64,000 nt of DNA, taken from assembly GCA_946533395.1 (NCBI GenBank), contig CAMNBU010000005.1, positions 17,653 through 81,652 of the forward strand, written 5' to 3'. Position numbers and translations under genes: made by a program. Shown here piece by piece: positions 9,657-18,585 of this stretch; within the stretch, counting starts at the first letter, position 1, and each line of letters starts with the position of its first letter. This DNA comes from an uncultured Lachnospiraceae bacterium (GTDB lineage Bacteria > Bacillota > Clostridia > Lachnospirales > Lachnospiraceae). The notes below the pieces were generated by a model. It did no database searches. It saw nothing but the letters and a program-made list of their open reading frames with translations, and was not told the DNA's origin.

Positions 9657-10895
9657 TTATCTGACATCGTCAACTGCTTTCATCATCGCATTCATTAGAT
9701 CCGGGTACGCCCAGCTCATGTTAAGGCCCTTAGTCCTCAGAAGTCCGAAGCGCTCTCCGTTGCCCGAGAAGCTGTGGTTGTCCCACCAGCACACAGGCAC
9801 TCCGATCGCCCCGGCGGCCCTCACATAGTAGTCCACCCATTTTACGCGCTCCGCCTCGTTGCTCTTGTTCATGGCTCCGTACTCGCCGATGATAACGGGA
9901 ACGCCCTTGCTTATAAACAGCTCATTTATATCCTTCATGAGGGTATCGATATCGCGTGTGTCGTTATTCCACTTGTCGGTACCGCTCTTATCGAGCGCGA
10001 AGCTGTAGGGAATGTACGCGTGGACGGATATTATCAGGTGGTCATCGTCGGGGTTGGGAAGCTCGATGGCCTTTAAGTTCACCGTGGACGAGCTGGCCGC
10101 GTAGCCTGTGATCATGAGGAAACGCTTCTCATTCTTGCCGCCGAGCCCTCTTACTGTATCGTAGAAGACCTTCTCGAGCCTGTTGACTACCGCTCTCGAA
10201 GCATCGTCGCCGTACCACTCATTGCCCGCGCCGACCTTTCTCGTCTCGTTCAGTCCCTCGAATATCAGATGGTCTCCGTAATCCGCAAATCTCGTGCCGA
10301 TCTGTGTCCAGACAGCCGCGAGCTCCACAGCCGCCGTCTCCTCATTCTCGGGATACGCGTAGCACCACTCCTCGTGGTGTGTGTTCAGTATGACGTAGGC
10401 GCCGCGCTTGTAGGCATAGTCCACTATCTGCTGGACTCTGTCCATCCACGACTGCTCTATGGTGAAGTTTTCGTCGTCATGTATGTGGTCGTTCCACGAG
10501 ACCGGTATCCTTATCACGTTAAAGCCGGCCTCGAGCACCTTGTCTATCTGTATCTGTGAGGTGTACTGGGCTCCCCACGCGATCTCAAACGTCGCCGCAG
10601 GCGTGTCGATGGGATAGTCCGAGGTTGCATCGAGCGTATTGCCCAGGTTCCATCCCACGCGGATATCCTTCACGAAATCCATGGCGGTAATGTCCCTCAT
10701 CTCGTCCGAGTACTGCACCGGCTCGGTCTCGGGCTCGGTGGGTGCCTGTGTGGTGGTCTCCTGCACCTGCTCCGTGGTCTGCGCCTGCGGTGGGGCGGTG
10801 GTGGTCTCGGTCTTTCCCGAATCACCCGCACAGCCCGTCAGAGACATGCATATGCAGGCCGCCGCTATAAGTCCTTTTTTTCTTTTATTTATCAT
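9657..10895 (-). CDS. Glycoside hydrolase family 5 (endoglucanase/mannanase-like) lipoprotein
   Basis: Lipobox LTGCAG and a Thr/Pro/Glu linker. GWNLGNTLD, FEGLNE (acid/base) and IGEYGA (nucleophile) motifs. The start is placed at the ATG that follows GGAGG. Confidence 0.8.
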   Translation of the reverse strand: MINKRKKGLIAAACICMSLTGCAGDSGKTETTTAPPQAQTTEQVQETTTQAPTEPETEPVQYSDEMRDITAMDFVKDIRVGWNLGNTLDATSDYPIDTPAATFEIAWGAQYTSQIQIDKVLEAGFNVIRIPVSWNDHIHDDENFTIEQSWMDRVQQIVDYAYKRGAYVILNTHHEEWCYAYPENEETAAVELAAVWTQIGTRFADYGDHLIFEGLNETRKVGAGNEWYGDDASRAVVNRLEKVFYDTVRGLGGKNEKRFLMITGYAASSSTVNLKAIELPNPDDDHLIISVHAYIPYSFALDKSGTDKWNNDTRDIDTLMKDINELFISKGVPVIIGEYGAMNKSNEAERVKWVDYYVRAAGAIGVPVCWWDNHSFSGNGERFGLLRTKGLNMSWAYPDLMNAMMKAVDDVR

Positions 10896-11000
10896 TTCCT
10901 GTATTTTCCTCCGGAAACCATAGTTTATTCCGATCAATTGTACGCTTAATTTTAGCCAACACGCAGACTTTTGTCAAGAAAATAAATCATAAACAGCGTG

Positions 11001-11028
11001 CAGAAAGGGCACCCGAAAACGGGTGCCC
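11001..11028 (-). terminator. Terminator-like hairpin after the symporter gene
   Basis: GGGCACCCG-AAAA-CGGGTGCCC, followed by TTTCTGC on the minus strand. Confidence 0.5.
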
Positions 11029-11041
11029 CGAGGTGTTATTT

Positions 11042-12637
11042 TCAGTTCTCCTCCTCCACGGGAAGGCTGTCTCTCACCTTGACCGTGATGGTCTTGTCAT
11101 AGGATGCAAATGCCTCCTCCACGATCTTCGCGTCAGGCTTTTTGGTAAACGCGCTGACGATCGGAACTATAACGAGTCCTCCGACCATGGCCACTACACC
11201 CGAGTTGATGGACGACTTGAAGATGTAGCCGAGCACCGGACCCCATCCCGATACATTGATGCCCGCAAGGCTCACTGCCATCTGAAGGACGGCGATCGAG
11301 CAGCCCCAGATGAAGCATACAGCCGTAGCCGCGCCGGTCACATTTTTCGAGTACAGGCTGTAGAGGAAAGGCGCAAGGAACGCTCCCGCGAGCGCGCCCC
11401 ACGACACGCCCATCATCTGCGCGATGAATGTCACCGAAGGATTTGCGTCCTTGATGATGGCTATGGCAGCGCTGACCGCGATGAAGAATACGATGAACAC
11501 CCTCATGGTGAACACCTGCTTCTTGTCAGTCATCTTGCCGTGTGTGGCAGGCTTGATAACGTCAAGAGTAAATGTCGAGCTGGATGTGAGCACCAGAGAG
11601 GACAGTGTCGACATGGATGCCGAGAGCACCAGCACGATAACTATCGCAATGATCACATCCGGAAGGGTCGCAAGCATTGCCGGGATGATGGTATCAAAGA
11701 GAGGCTTTCCAGTAGCCTGATTGTACACGATACCGGAGTTTGCGTAGAGTCTTCCGAAGCCGCCGAGGAAGTAGCAGCCGCCTGCGACCACGATGGCGAA
11801 TACAGTCGAGATGACAGTTCCCTTGTGAATATCGTTCTCGCTCTTGATGGCGTAGAACTTACCCACCATCTGGGGAAGACCCCATGTTCCGAGGGATGTG
11901 AGGATCACCACGAAGAGAAGCGCGAGCGGATCCGGTCCGAGGAAAGAGGCGTATGCGCCCTTCCAGCCCGCGTCGCCCTCGATCTGAGAGAGATTTCTCA
12001 TGGCATCCACGAGGCCGCCGTTTGCGCCTACCACCGAGAGGATGACAGCCGCGATACCGAAGAGCATGATGATGCCCTGGATGAAATCATTGACAGCGGT
12101 AGCCATATATCCGCCGACGATGACGTAGATACCGGTCAGAACGGCCATCACTGCGATGACCACCCAGTAGGGCATCTCAAAAACGAGTCCGAAGAGGCTC
12201 GACAGTCCGTTGTACAGCGATGCCGTGTAGGGTATCAGAAATATGAATACGATGACCGACGCCGCGACCTTGAGAGTGTTGTTGCCGAACCTTTTTCCGA
12301 AGAAGTCTGGCATGGTCTTCGCGTCGAAATGCTGCGTCATGACTCTGGTCCTTCTGCCGAGGATGTTCCATGCCAGAAGCGAACCGATAAATGCGTTGCC
12401 CAGACCGGCCCAGGTACTCGACAGACCGAAGTTCCAGCCGAACTGTCCCGCATATCCGACGAATATTACCGCGGAGAAATAAGACGTACCGAACGCGAAT
12501 GCGGTGAGCCAGGGTCCTACGCTTCTGCCGCCTAAGACGAAGCCGTTTACGTCAGTTGCCTTCTTTCTGGTGTAGAAGCCAACTCCCAGCATGAGAGCAA
12601 AGAAGCAGACCAGGAGAATGAGTGTGATGATCTTCAT
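11042..12637 (-). CDS. Sodium:solute symporter family (SSS) transporter
   Basis: About 13 TM segments. The N-terminus GFVLGGRSVGPWLTAFAFGTSYFSAVIFVGYAG is typical of SSS/PanF/PutP-like proteins. Confidence 0.8.
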   Translation of the reverse strand: MKIITLILLVCFFALMLGVGFYTRKKATDVNGFVLGGRSVGPWLTAFAFGTSYFSAVIFVGYAGQFGWNFGLSSTWAGLGNAFIGSLLAWNILGRRTRVMTQHFDAKTMPDFFGKRFGNNTLKVAASVIVFIFLIPYTASLYNGLSSLFGLVFEMPYWVVIAVMAVLTGIYVIVGGYMATAVNDFIQGIIMLFGIAAVILSVVGANGGLVDAMRNLSQIEGDAGWKGAYASFLGPDPLALLFVVILTSLGTWGLPQMVGKFYAIKSENDIHKGTVISTVFAIVVAGGCYFLGGFGRLYANSGIVYNQATGKPLFDTIIPAMLATLPDVIIAIVIVLVLSASMSTLSSLVLTSSSTFTLDVIKPATHGKMTDKKQVFTMRVFIVFFIAVSAAIAIIKDANPSVTFIAQMMGVSWGALAGAFLAPFLYSLYSKNVTGAATAVCFIWGCSIAVLQMAVSLAGINVSGWGPVLGYIFKSSINSGVVAMVGGLVIVPIVSAFTKKPDAKIVEEAFASYDKTITVKVRDSLPVEEEN

Positions 12638-12665
12638 GTTTTGTGATGACCAGCCTTTCCATATT

Positions 12666-12712
12666 GATACTTTAAAGCGTTAAAGCGTTACGCTTTGCCG
12701 CTTTAAAGTATC
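12666..12712. repeat. Nested palindrome in the symporter 5' leader (candidate operator or RNA hairpin)
   Basis: GATACTTTAAAGCG ... CGCTTTAAAGTATC is a perfect 14-bp inverted repeat. It encloses an inner AAAGCG-TTA-CGCTTT. Confidence 0.4.
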
Positions 12713-12780
12713 ACAGAGTTTCGCGGATGTCAAGCACTTTTTAAAGTTTTTGTGTCCTTCTTATTTTTTAAGTTATTCCC

Positions 12781-12922
12781 ACATCGATTATTTTTTCAAT
12801 TTCCAGTGGCAATTTCAGCTGACGTGTTGTATAATAGCCACTGGTATTATTGGGTTTTTGCACGAAATCATTATACCAAAAAATCGCTGTAAGCGCTATG
12901 CCTACAGCGATTTTTCTTTATG
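12781..12922. repeat. Direct repeat copy 1 (142 bp; carries a terminator hairpin and a minus-strand extended -10)
   Basis: Identical to 16231..16372 except at one position (12783 A versus 16233 G). Contains the hairpin ATCGCTGTA/TACAGCGAT flanked by A and T runs, and TGGTATAAT on the minus strand (12878..12870). Confidence 0.9.
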
Positions 12923-13077
12923 AACTATTTTACAGCCCCGATTCCTAGGCGAAAGTTCGTATGTATTTTTGTCAATATCCAATCAGCAAATGATTGCCGG
13001 AACCATAAACACACAGTCTACCAAAAACTGTTGAGGTTACCACTTATATAGTTTAACTTCCATGATCAAAATGGAGC

Positions 13078-14106
13078 TCATGGCCTTGGTCCGAGGATCA
13101 CCTTGTTCTTTTCATTTAAAACCAGTTTTTCCAGTTGTTCATATAAAGGAAAGCTCTTTATGAGGGTTTCGTAGGGTGTGTTTCGAGCAAGCAGAAGATA
13201 CTGCGGCGATCCGTTTTGCACAGATATCGATGAAAGGACATCGGAATCGGCGATAACATTCATCAGCTCTATGCACTTATCATAACGCTGCCCGGTCACT
13301 TTACTGTTGACCGCTACTGCATCGACATACAGACGTGGCAGATCCTCGCGGTCGCTGAAGCTTATCGTCTTGATCGATGTCCCGGACATGCGCTTACTCA
13401 AAAAGCGCATGCTCTCGCTGAAACCGATATACCCTTTGCCGGCTCCGGAATCATAAGCCAAGGCGACCTGAGTATCATCATCCGATTCATGTTCATCGAC
13501 AGCGAGCTTATCCACAAGAGCCATTACGCTATCCACACCACCACCCGCTGAAGGGTTCGCCTCGCTTAAAGTGTCTGCCAGGACCTCATGGATATACTGC
13601 GGCCTGTTCATGGAAAACTTGGAATTAATCACAAGGATCTCCGATTCGCCGGAGAGATCAGTTAAATGCTCTGCTTCTGCAAGCTCAGTACATTCACGAT
13701 CATAGATCAGATAGTTCCCGCATAAGAAAACAGGAATGCCGTACAGCCTGCCATCCACAGTCAGGCCTTCCAAGGCAAAGGGAAATATGTCTTCGGACTT
13801 TTTTATCTCCTTTTTGTCAATGGGCCGTATCCATTCCTTTTCTATAAGCAGCTCCTGCATGACCGCATCATACATAATGACATCTATGCCATCCGGCGCA
13901 CCGCCCTCATAGCAGTCCCACTCTGCCCTTACAAGCTTTATGTCCGGTTCGATCTCTGCCCAGCGCTTCTCTATTATTTCGCAGTACTGATCAACTCCGG
14001 ATATATAGGGATATACAGCATAGGTCAGCGTATCAACGTTGTTTTTCCCGCATGAAGCAAGGAAAATCGTAAGCAGCCACGCTATGGCCGCGATCATTTT
14101 TTTCAT
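13078..14106 (-). CDS. Orphan lipoprotein with a periplasmic-binding-protein (type 2 SBP / thiamine-pyridinylase-like) appearance
   Basis: Lipobox FLASCG with GGAG upstream. There is no adjacent permease or ATPase gene. The region is AT-rich. Confidence 0.5.
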   Translation of the reverse strand: MKKMIAAIAWLLTIFLASCGKNNVDTLTYAVYPYISGVDQYCEIIEKRWAEIEPDIKLVRAEWDCYEGGAPDGIDVIMYDAVMQELLIEKEWIRPIDKKEIKKSEDIFPFALEGLTVDGRLYGIPVFLCGNYLIYDRECTELAEAEHLTDLSGESEILVINSKFSMNRPQYIHEVLADTLSEANPSAGGGVDSVMALVDKLAVDEHESDDDTQVALAYDSGAGKGYIGFSESMRFLSKRMSGTSIKTISFSDREDLPRLYVDAVAVNSKVTGQRYDKCIELMNVIADSDVLSSISVQNGSPQYLLLARNTPYETLIKSFPLYEQLEKLVLNEKNKVILGPRP

Positions 14107-14257
14107 ACTTTAAAACTCCGTTCGCGAAATGATTCTGCTGATCGTTATTCGTCATAATTCCATTTTGAACGTCCAGTTTCCAATAGATTTTTCATTGTAT
14201 TTTAGACTTTCTTCTTTTATAAGCTTGAAACCGTTATTAATAGTCGCTTCCGATGGT

Positions 14258-15487
14258 TTATATGTATGAAATCGGAAGCGCAACCAAATTCTCTCTAAGA
14301 TAAGTCTTCTTGTCAATAAGACACAGTATTGCACCCATGCCTCGTTTTTTTTCGGGTATTTTATCAAGGATGGGATTTGCCTCTCCCATCTCAGCTTTTG
14401 GATTTCCTGTCATTTTTATTTCGATCGGATATAACAAACCGTCCTGTTCCAGAATCAGATCGATCTCGTTCTCTTTTTGGGTCTTGTCCTTTCCGCGGTA
14501 ATAGAAAACGTTGAAGTGATAATCAAGCCCTTCGTTGCTGTATGACTTCAGAATCTCGGAAACAACAAAAGTTTCAAACATACTTCCTGCCACGGCAGAG
14601 TTCATTAATGCCCCCGGAGATGTCCACTTTGTCAGGTAGCAAGCCAACCCGGTGTCTCGGAAATATATTTTAGGAGCTTTTATCGCCCTTGAAAGTGCAT
14701 TGGAACTGTAAGGCTGAAGGATAAACACAATACCGGTTCGTTCCAGAATTGATATCCAGTTTTTTATTGTCGGTTCACTTATTCCGACTTCGCCGGCAAT
14801 ATTGGCATAGTTCAGCAGCTCTCCCGTACGTGCGGCAACTGATGTCATAAATTTGGCAAAAGTCAGACTGTCGGTATCGATCAGTTCATTTATATCTCTT
14901 TCAAGATATGTTGCCACATATGAAGAATAGAAATCTATCCAGTCCCTCTCTACATCATATAATTCCGGATATGAACCGCCGTGTATATAACTCCATATGT
15001 TGTTGTAGGATTTTATTTCTCTTTCCCGTTGCAATATATAATCCGAGGTAGGGATAAAATGCCTATTAAAAGAAATACCGTTTAGCTCTCTCATTGACAA
15101 ACCGGCCATTTCGACTACGGAAACCCTTCCGGCGAGAGACTCGCTTACCCCCTTCATCAACTCTAATTTCTGAGAACCTGAAAGGATAAACTGCCCACGC
15201 AGATCTGAGCTGTCGGCCATAAGTTTTATATTTTCAAGAATACCCGGTTCCTTTTGAACCTCATCTATAAAAAGCGGGCATGGATTGTTCAAGAAAAACA
15301 GTTTAGGTTCTTCTCTTGCCTGAAGTCTTGTAAGTTGGTCATCAAAACAAGCCTTGTTATATTCAGAAAAGACATGGTTTATAAGAGTGGATTTGCCAAC
15401 CTGCCTTGACCCGGTCAATAATAGGCATTTGCTCTGGCCTGCTCTTCTTTTTATTATATCCGTAATTGCTCTTTCTATGTATCCCAT
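14258..15487 (-). CDS. AAA+ ATPase with a C-terminal DUF4143 / PD-(D/E)xK-like module (COG1373-type)
   Basis: Walker A GSRQVGKST and Walker B LFIDEVQ. The C-terminus has EIDLILEQDGLLYPIEIK. The start is moved to the ATG at 15487. Confidence 0.75.
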   Translation of the reverse strand: MGYIERAITDIIKRRAGQSKCLLLTGSRQVGKSTLINHVFSEYNKACFDDQLTRLQAREEPKLFFLNNPCPLFIDEVQKEPGILENIKLMADSSDLRGQFILSGSQKLELMKGVSESLAGRVSVVEMAGLSMRELNGISFNRHFIPTSDYILQREREIKSYNNIWSYIHGGSYPELYDVERDWIDFYSSYVATYLERDINELIDTDSLTFAKFMTSVAARTGELLNYANIAGEVGISEPTIKNWISILERTGIVFILQPYSSNALSRAIKAPKIYFRDTGLACYLTKWTSPGALMNSAVAGSMFETFVVSEILKSYSNEGLDYHFNVFYYRGKDKTQKENEIDLILEQDGLLYPIEIKMTGNPKAEMGEANPILDKIPEKKRGMGAILCLIDKKTYLRENLVALPISYI

Positions 15488-15595
15488 ATGCACGCGCTCC
15501 GACTAATCTAAACTCTGATTTTATATTAGCCGCATTTTTACATTCTGTCAATAGTGAAATATAGATCAGTTTAGGGAAAAAAATGCCCACCGAAT

Positions 15596-15769
15596 CTACT
15601 CTTCTATCGAATACTGCAGCAATTCATACTTTAACCGGCAGCCTTCATATATATCTTCCGGCAGAAGAGCTCTTGCAACAAGCTTCAGATCATCTGACTC
15701 TTCATCGATCCTTTTAAGGTTTGCATAATCTCCCTCAATGCTGACGACTTCATAATACATGGTTACCAT
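15596..15769 (-). CDS. DUF3006-like small protein (57 aa; below the ORF-track cutoff)
   Basis: My own translation gives MVTMYYEVVSIEGDYANLKRIDEESDDLKLVARALLPEDIYEGCRLKYELLQYSIEE. GGAGG lies 8 nt upstream. The IEGDYA...LP...EG pattern is typical of DUF3006. Confidence 0.55.
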   Translation of the reverse strand: MVTMYYEVVSIEGDYANLKRIDEESDDLKLVARALLPEDIYEGCRLKYELLQYSIEE

Positions 15770-15791
15770 ATTCTCATTCCTCCGTTTTCAT

Positions 15792-16025
15792 CTATGTCAT
15801 ATATCCACACCCTTTTTTCTTGGGTGCTTCCATGCCTGACTCGTACCTTGCCCTGAATTCCATATTAATATCGCGTATTTCCTTCTTCCCGTCGATATAA
15901 TCCTGATACATTTCAACAAGTCCGGACATGCAGCCGTCGCACAAACCATTGATGTTGCCGATGGATTCGGCTACTATCTGCTCGCGCTCTTCTCTGGTCG
16001 TATCTTTTATCAAAATCGAAGTCAT
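15792..16025 (-). CDS. Small Cys-containing protein (77 aa), function unknown
   Basis: AGGAG lies 5 nt upstream. Contains CDGC and a C-terminal GCGY. It sits between the permease remnant and the DUF3006-like gene. Confidence 0.5.
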   Translation of the reverse strand: MTSILIKDTTREEREQIVAESIGNINGLCDGCMSGLVEMYQDYIDGKKEIRDINMEFRARYESGMEAPKKKGCGYMT

Positions 16026-16045
16026 TTTGTGCTCCTATTTTATTT

Positions 16046-16231
16046 TTATTCAATCCTGAGTGCCGCAACCGGGTCACGCTTGGCTGCCTTCTTTGCGGGG
16101 ATAAATCCTCCGATCATGGTAAGGAAGGTGGTGAGCGCAATGAGCAGCAAAGCATACAGCAACTGGAGTTTTGCAGAAACATCAAATCCAGAAGATACAT
16201 ATATCGCAGAATGAATATACCGGGTCAGCAA
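16046..16231 (-). pseudogene. 3' remnant of an FtsX/MacB-type ABC permease gene, truncated at the repeat boundary
   Basis: Only the last TM helix and the family C-terminus (GGFIPAKKAAKRDPVAALRIE) remain. An in-frame TAA lies just inside repeat copy 2. Confidence 0.6.
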
Positions 16232-16372
16232 CGTCGATTATTTTTTCAATTTCCAGTGGCAATTTCAGCTGACGTGTTGTATAATAGCCACTGGTATTAT
16301 TGGGTTTTTGCACGAAATCATTATACCAAAAAATCGCTGTAAGCGCTATGCCTACAGCGATTTTTCTTTATG
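16231..16372. repeat. Direct repeat copy 2 (142 bp)
   Basis: Offset by exactly 3,450 bp from copy 1, with 141 of 142 positions identical. Weaker similarity continues to TACAGCCCC on the right side. Confidence 0.9.
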
Positions 16373-16402
16373 TACTTTTTTTACAGCCCCTTTTATATCG
16401 AC

Positions 16403-17392
16403 TTATTTTGAGAGCCTGTCGATCGCATCCAGTTCATCCTGCGTGAATGTGATGTTCTCGGTTGCCTTGATATTGTCCAATATCTGCGAAGGCCTGGACG
16501 CCCCAATTAGTACGGAGGTGATTCTGCCGTCGTGAAGGAGCCATGCAAGCGCCATCTCCGCAAGCGTCTGTCCACGACTCTCGGCTATCCTGTTCAGCTC
16601 CCTGATATTATCCAGCTTCTCCCCCGAGACCTGATCCTCCTTCAGAAATCTTCCGTCCGTGCGTACCCTACTGTCCTCCGGAATGCCCTTCAGATATCTG
16701 TCGGTAAGCATGCCCTGAGCAAGAGGCGAAAAGCATATGATTCCCTTGCCAAGGCGGTTTGAATTCTCCTTCAAGCCATTCTCCTCTATACCGCGGTCCA
16801 GAATATTGTACCTGTTCTGGTTGATAATGAAGGGTACCTTTCTCTCCTCCAGTATCGCCGCAGCCGCAGAAAGCGTTGCCCCGTCGTAGTTTGAAAGGCC
16901 CACATAGAGCGCTTTGCCGCTTCTCACTATCTGCTCCAGAGCCCCCATGGTCTCCTCGAGCGGCGTGTCCGGATCCATCCTGTGATGATAGAATATATCC
17001 ACATAATCGAGTCCCAGCCGCTTTAAAGACTGATCAAGACTCGCGATAAGATATTTCCTGCTCCCCCAGTCGCCGTAGGGACCCGGCCACATATCGTATC
17101 CCGCCTTGGTGGAAATGATCATCTCATCGCGGTATGGTCGGAAATGCTCTGCCATTATCCTCCCGAAATTGCTCTCCGCGCTCCCCGGCTTCGGCCCGTA
17201 ATTATTTGCCAGATCAAAATGCGTGATGCCGTTGTCGAAGGCGGTAAAACACATCTGTTCCATATTTGCATAGCACCCGGTATCCCCGAAATTGTGCCAC
17301 AGCCCCAGCGACACCGCCGGAAGCATAAGCCCGCTCTTCCCGCAGCGGTTGTACTTCATTTTTTCATACCGGCCTTCATTTGCTACATACAT
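16403..17392 (-). CDS. Aldo/keto reductase (YghZ/Tas-like, L-glyceraldehyde-3-phosphate reductase family)
   Basis: MKYNRCGKSGLMLPAVSLGLWHNFG, DLANNYG and ISTKAG motifs. Confidence 0.8.
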   Translation of the reverse strand: MYVANEGRYEKMKYNRCGKSGLMLPAVSLGLWHNFGDTGCYANMEQMCFTAFDNGITHFDLANNYGPKPGSAESNFGRIMAEHFRPYRDEMIISTKAGYDMWPGPYGDWGSRKYLIASLDQSLKRLGLDYVDIFYHHRMDPDTPLEETMGALEQIVRSGKALYVGLSNYDGATLSAAAAILEERKVPFIINQNRYNILDRGIEENGLKENSNRLGKGIICFSPLAQGMLTDRYLKGIPEDSRVRTDGRFLKEDQVSGEKLDNIRELNRIAESRGQTLAEMALAWLLHDGRITSVLIGASRPSQILDNIKATENITFTQDELDAIDRLSK

Positions 17393-17927
17393 TTGTGCAT
17401 CCTCCTATAAGCCTTGATATTACGTTCTCATAATTATCTTCTATCAAGATCACCCTCTCATTCGCCTGTGTAAATAGCTCCATATAGCGGCGGTTATCCT
17501 CCTTCAGCCTCTTAGCCGTACAGTCCGAATCGTCCAGCCGGCGCTCCTTATCACAGGCGTGCGCCACTATATCTCCGAAATGTCTGTCGATATACCCATC
17601 CGTCATTGCAAGGCATATAAAGCCGATCTCTGAAAGATACTCATCCGCGAAGTCCCTCCTCCATTTTGGCGGAATATAGCATCCTTCAACGATCAGATTC
17701 TGCCTGTTCTCTACCGCCGTCTTTATCATCTCCCGCACTATCGGCCACAGATATCCCGTGAGTTCATCGTCATCCTCCGGTGTAAGGCGCGTGTTCCCGC
17801 TCCTGATCAGCCCCATCTTTAGATGATCTATCGACATATACGGCCATCCGTATCTCTCAAGCAGCCTCTGCGCCAGCACCGTCTTACCCGTGTGCGAGGC
17901 GCCTGTAATAATCAGAACCATTTTCAT
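17376..17927 (-). CDS. P-loop kinase-like protein (AAA/2-phosphoglycerate-kinase-like)
   Basis: Walker A ITGASHTGKT lies near the N-terminus. The start is uncertain (17927 or 17921). Confidence 0.55.
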   Translation of the reverse strand: MKMVLIITGASHTGKTVLAQRLLERYGWPYMSIDHLKMGLIRSGNTRLTPEDDDELTGYLWPIVREMIKTAVENRQNLIVEGCYIPPKWRRDFADEYLSEIGFICLAMTDGYIDRHFGDIVAHACDKERRLDDSDCTAKRLKEDNRRYMELFTQANERVILIEDNYENVISRLIGGCTNVCSK

Positions 17928-18020
17928 CACCGTCCTTTTTTGCACTGATAATAATATCATTACTTCCCTGATTATTCCATGCTTTCGGTATTATTCTCCG
18001 TACAAACAACAGAGCTTCAT

Positions 18021-18069
18021 ATAATAAAAAGCTCCGAACCGCTAAAAAGCGTATCACGGAGCTTTTTTC
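18021..18069. terminator. Bidirectional terminator-like hairpin
   Basis: AGCTCCG ... CGGAGCT flanked by A5 and T6. Confidence 0.5.
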
Positions 18070-18111
18070 AGATATAAGCAACCAGGCGGGATATGTGAAC
18101 AAAACAGTGAA

Positions 18112-18585
18112 TTATTTCTTGCGGCCGAAGAGCCCCTTCTTTTTCTTGGGCTCCGGCTGGGGAATGGCCCCGCCGCGGACGCTCTTGATCTCTGTGATGT
18201 AGATACCGCTGACTACGGCCTTGATCTCCTTCTTTACAGGAAGGACCTCAAATACCTTCGGCTCGCACAGAAGCGTCATGATCCTCGGACCGATCTTGGC
18301 CTTGACCACGGGCATCTTCTGCTTGCGCATGAGCTTCGGAACCTGCGCCATCACTTCATCGGGCAGCTTCGCGTCTATGAGCTTCATCACCTTCTTATCG
18401 ATGATAAGCATGGACATGACCTGGGCCATGGCGTCCATCTGCTGCTTCTGCTCGATCTGACGCTGCTGAAGCTTTCTTCCCGCGATGTATAGAATCACGA
18501 GCAGGGCAATGATTACAACAAGAACTATTATGAGCACTGTGGCCCATACAGGCAGCGCTATAAGCGCCGGCATAGAATTGACCAT
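18112..18585 (-). CDS. Single-pass membrane protein with a Lys-rich tail, function unknown
   Basis: N-terminal TM helix (LPVWATVLIIVLVVIIALLVILYI). AGGTG lies 7 nt upstream and a sigma-A-type promoter lies upstream of that. Confidence 0.6.
   Translation of the reverse strand: MVNSMPALIALPVWATVLIIVLVVIIALLVILYIAGRKLQQRQIEQKQQMDAMAQVMSMLIIDKKVMKLIDAKLPDEVMAQVPKLMRKQKMPVVKAKIGPRIMTLLCEPKVFEVLPVKKEIKAVVSGIYITEIKSVRGGAIPQPEPKKKKGLFGRKK

Noticed and set aside
11033-12535. 500-aa plus-strand ORF rich in His/Arg/Asp/Glu
   Set aside because: It lies entirely antisense to the well-supported SSS symporter gene. It has no ribosome-binding site and a low-complexity, charge-rich composition typical of mirror-frame ORFs in GC-rich coding DNA.
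14152-14367. 71-aa ORF overlapping the 3' end of the AAA+ ATPase gene, whose tail (NNGFKLIKEE...) faintly resembles a GNAT C-terminus
   Set aside because: Half of it overlaps the ATPase gene, it has no ribosome-binding site, and the similarity is too short to support even a pseudogene call.
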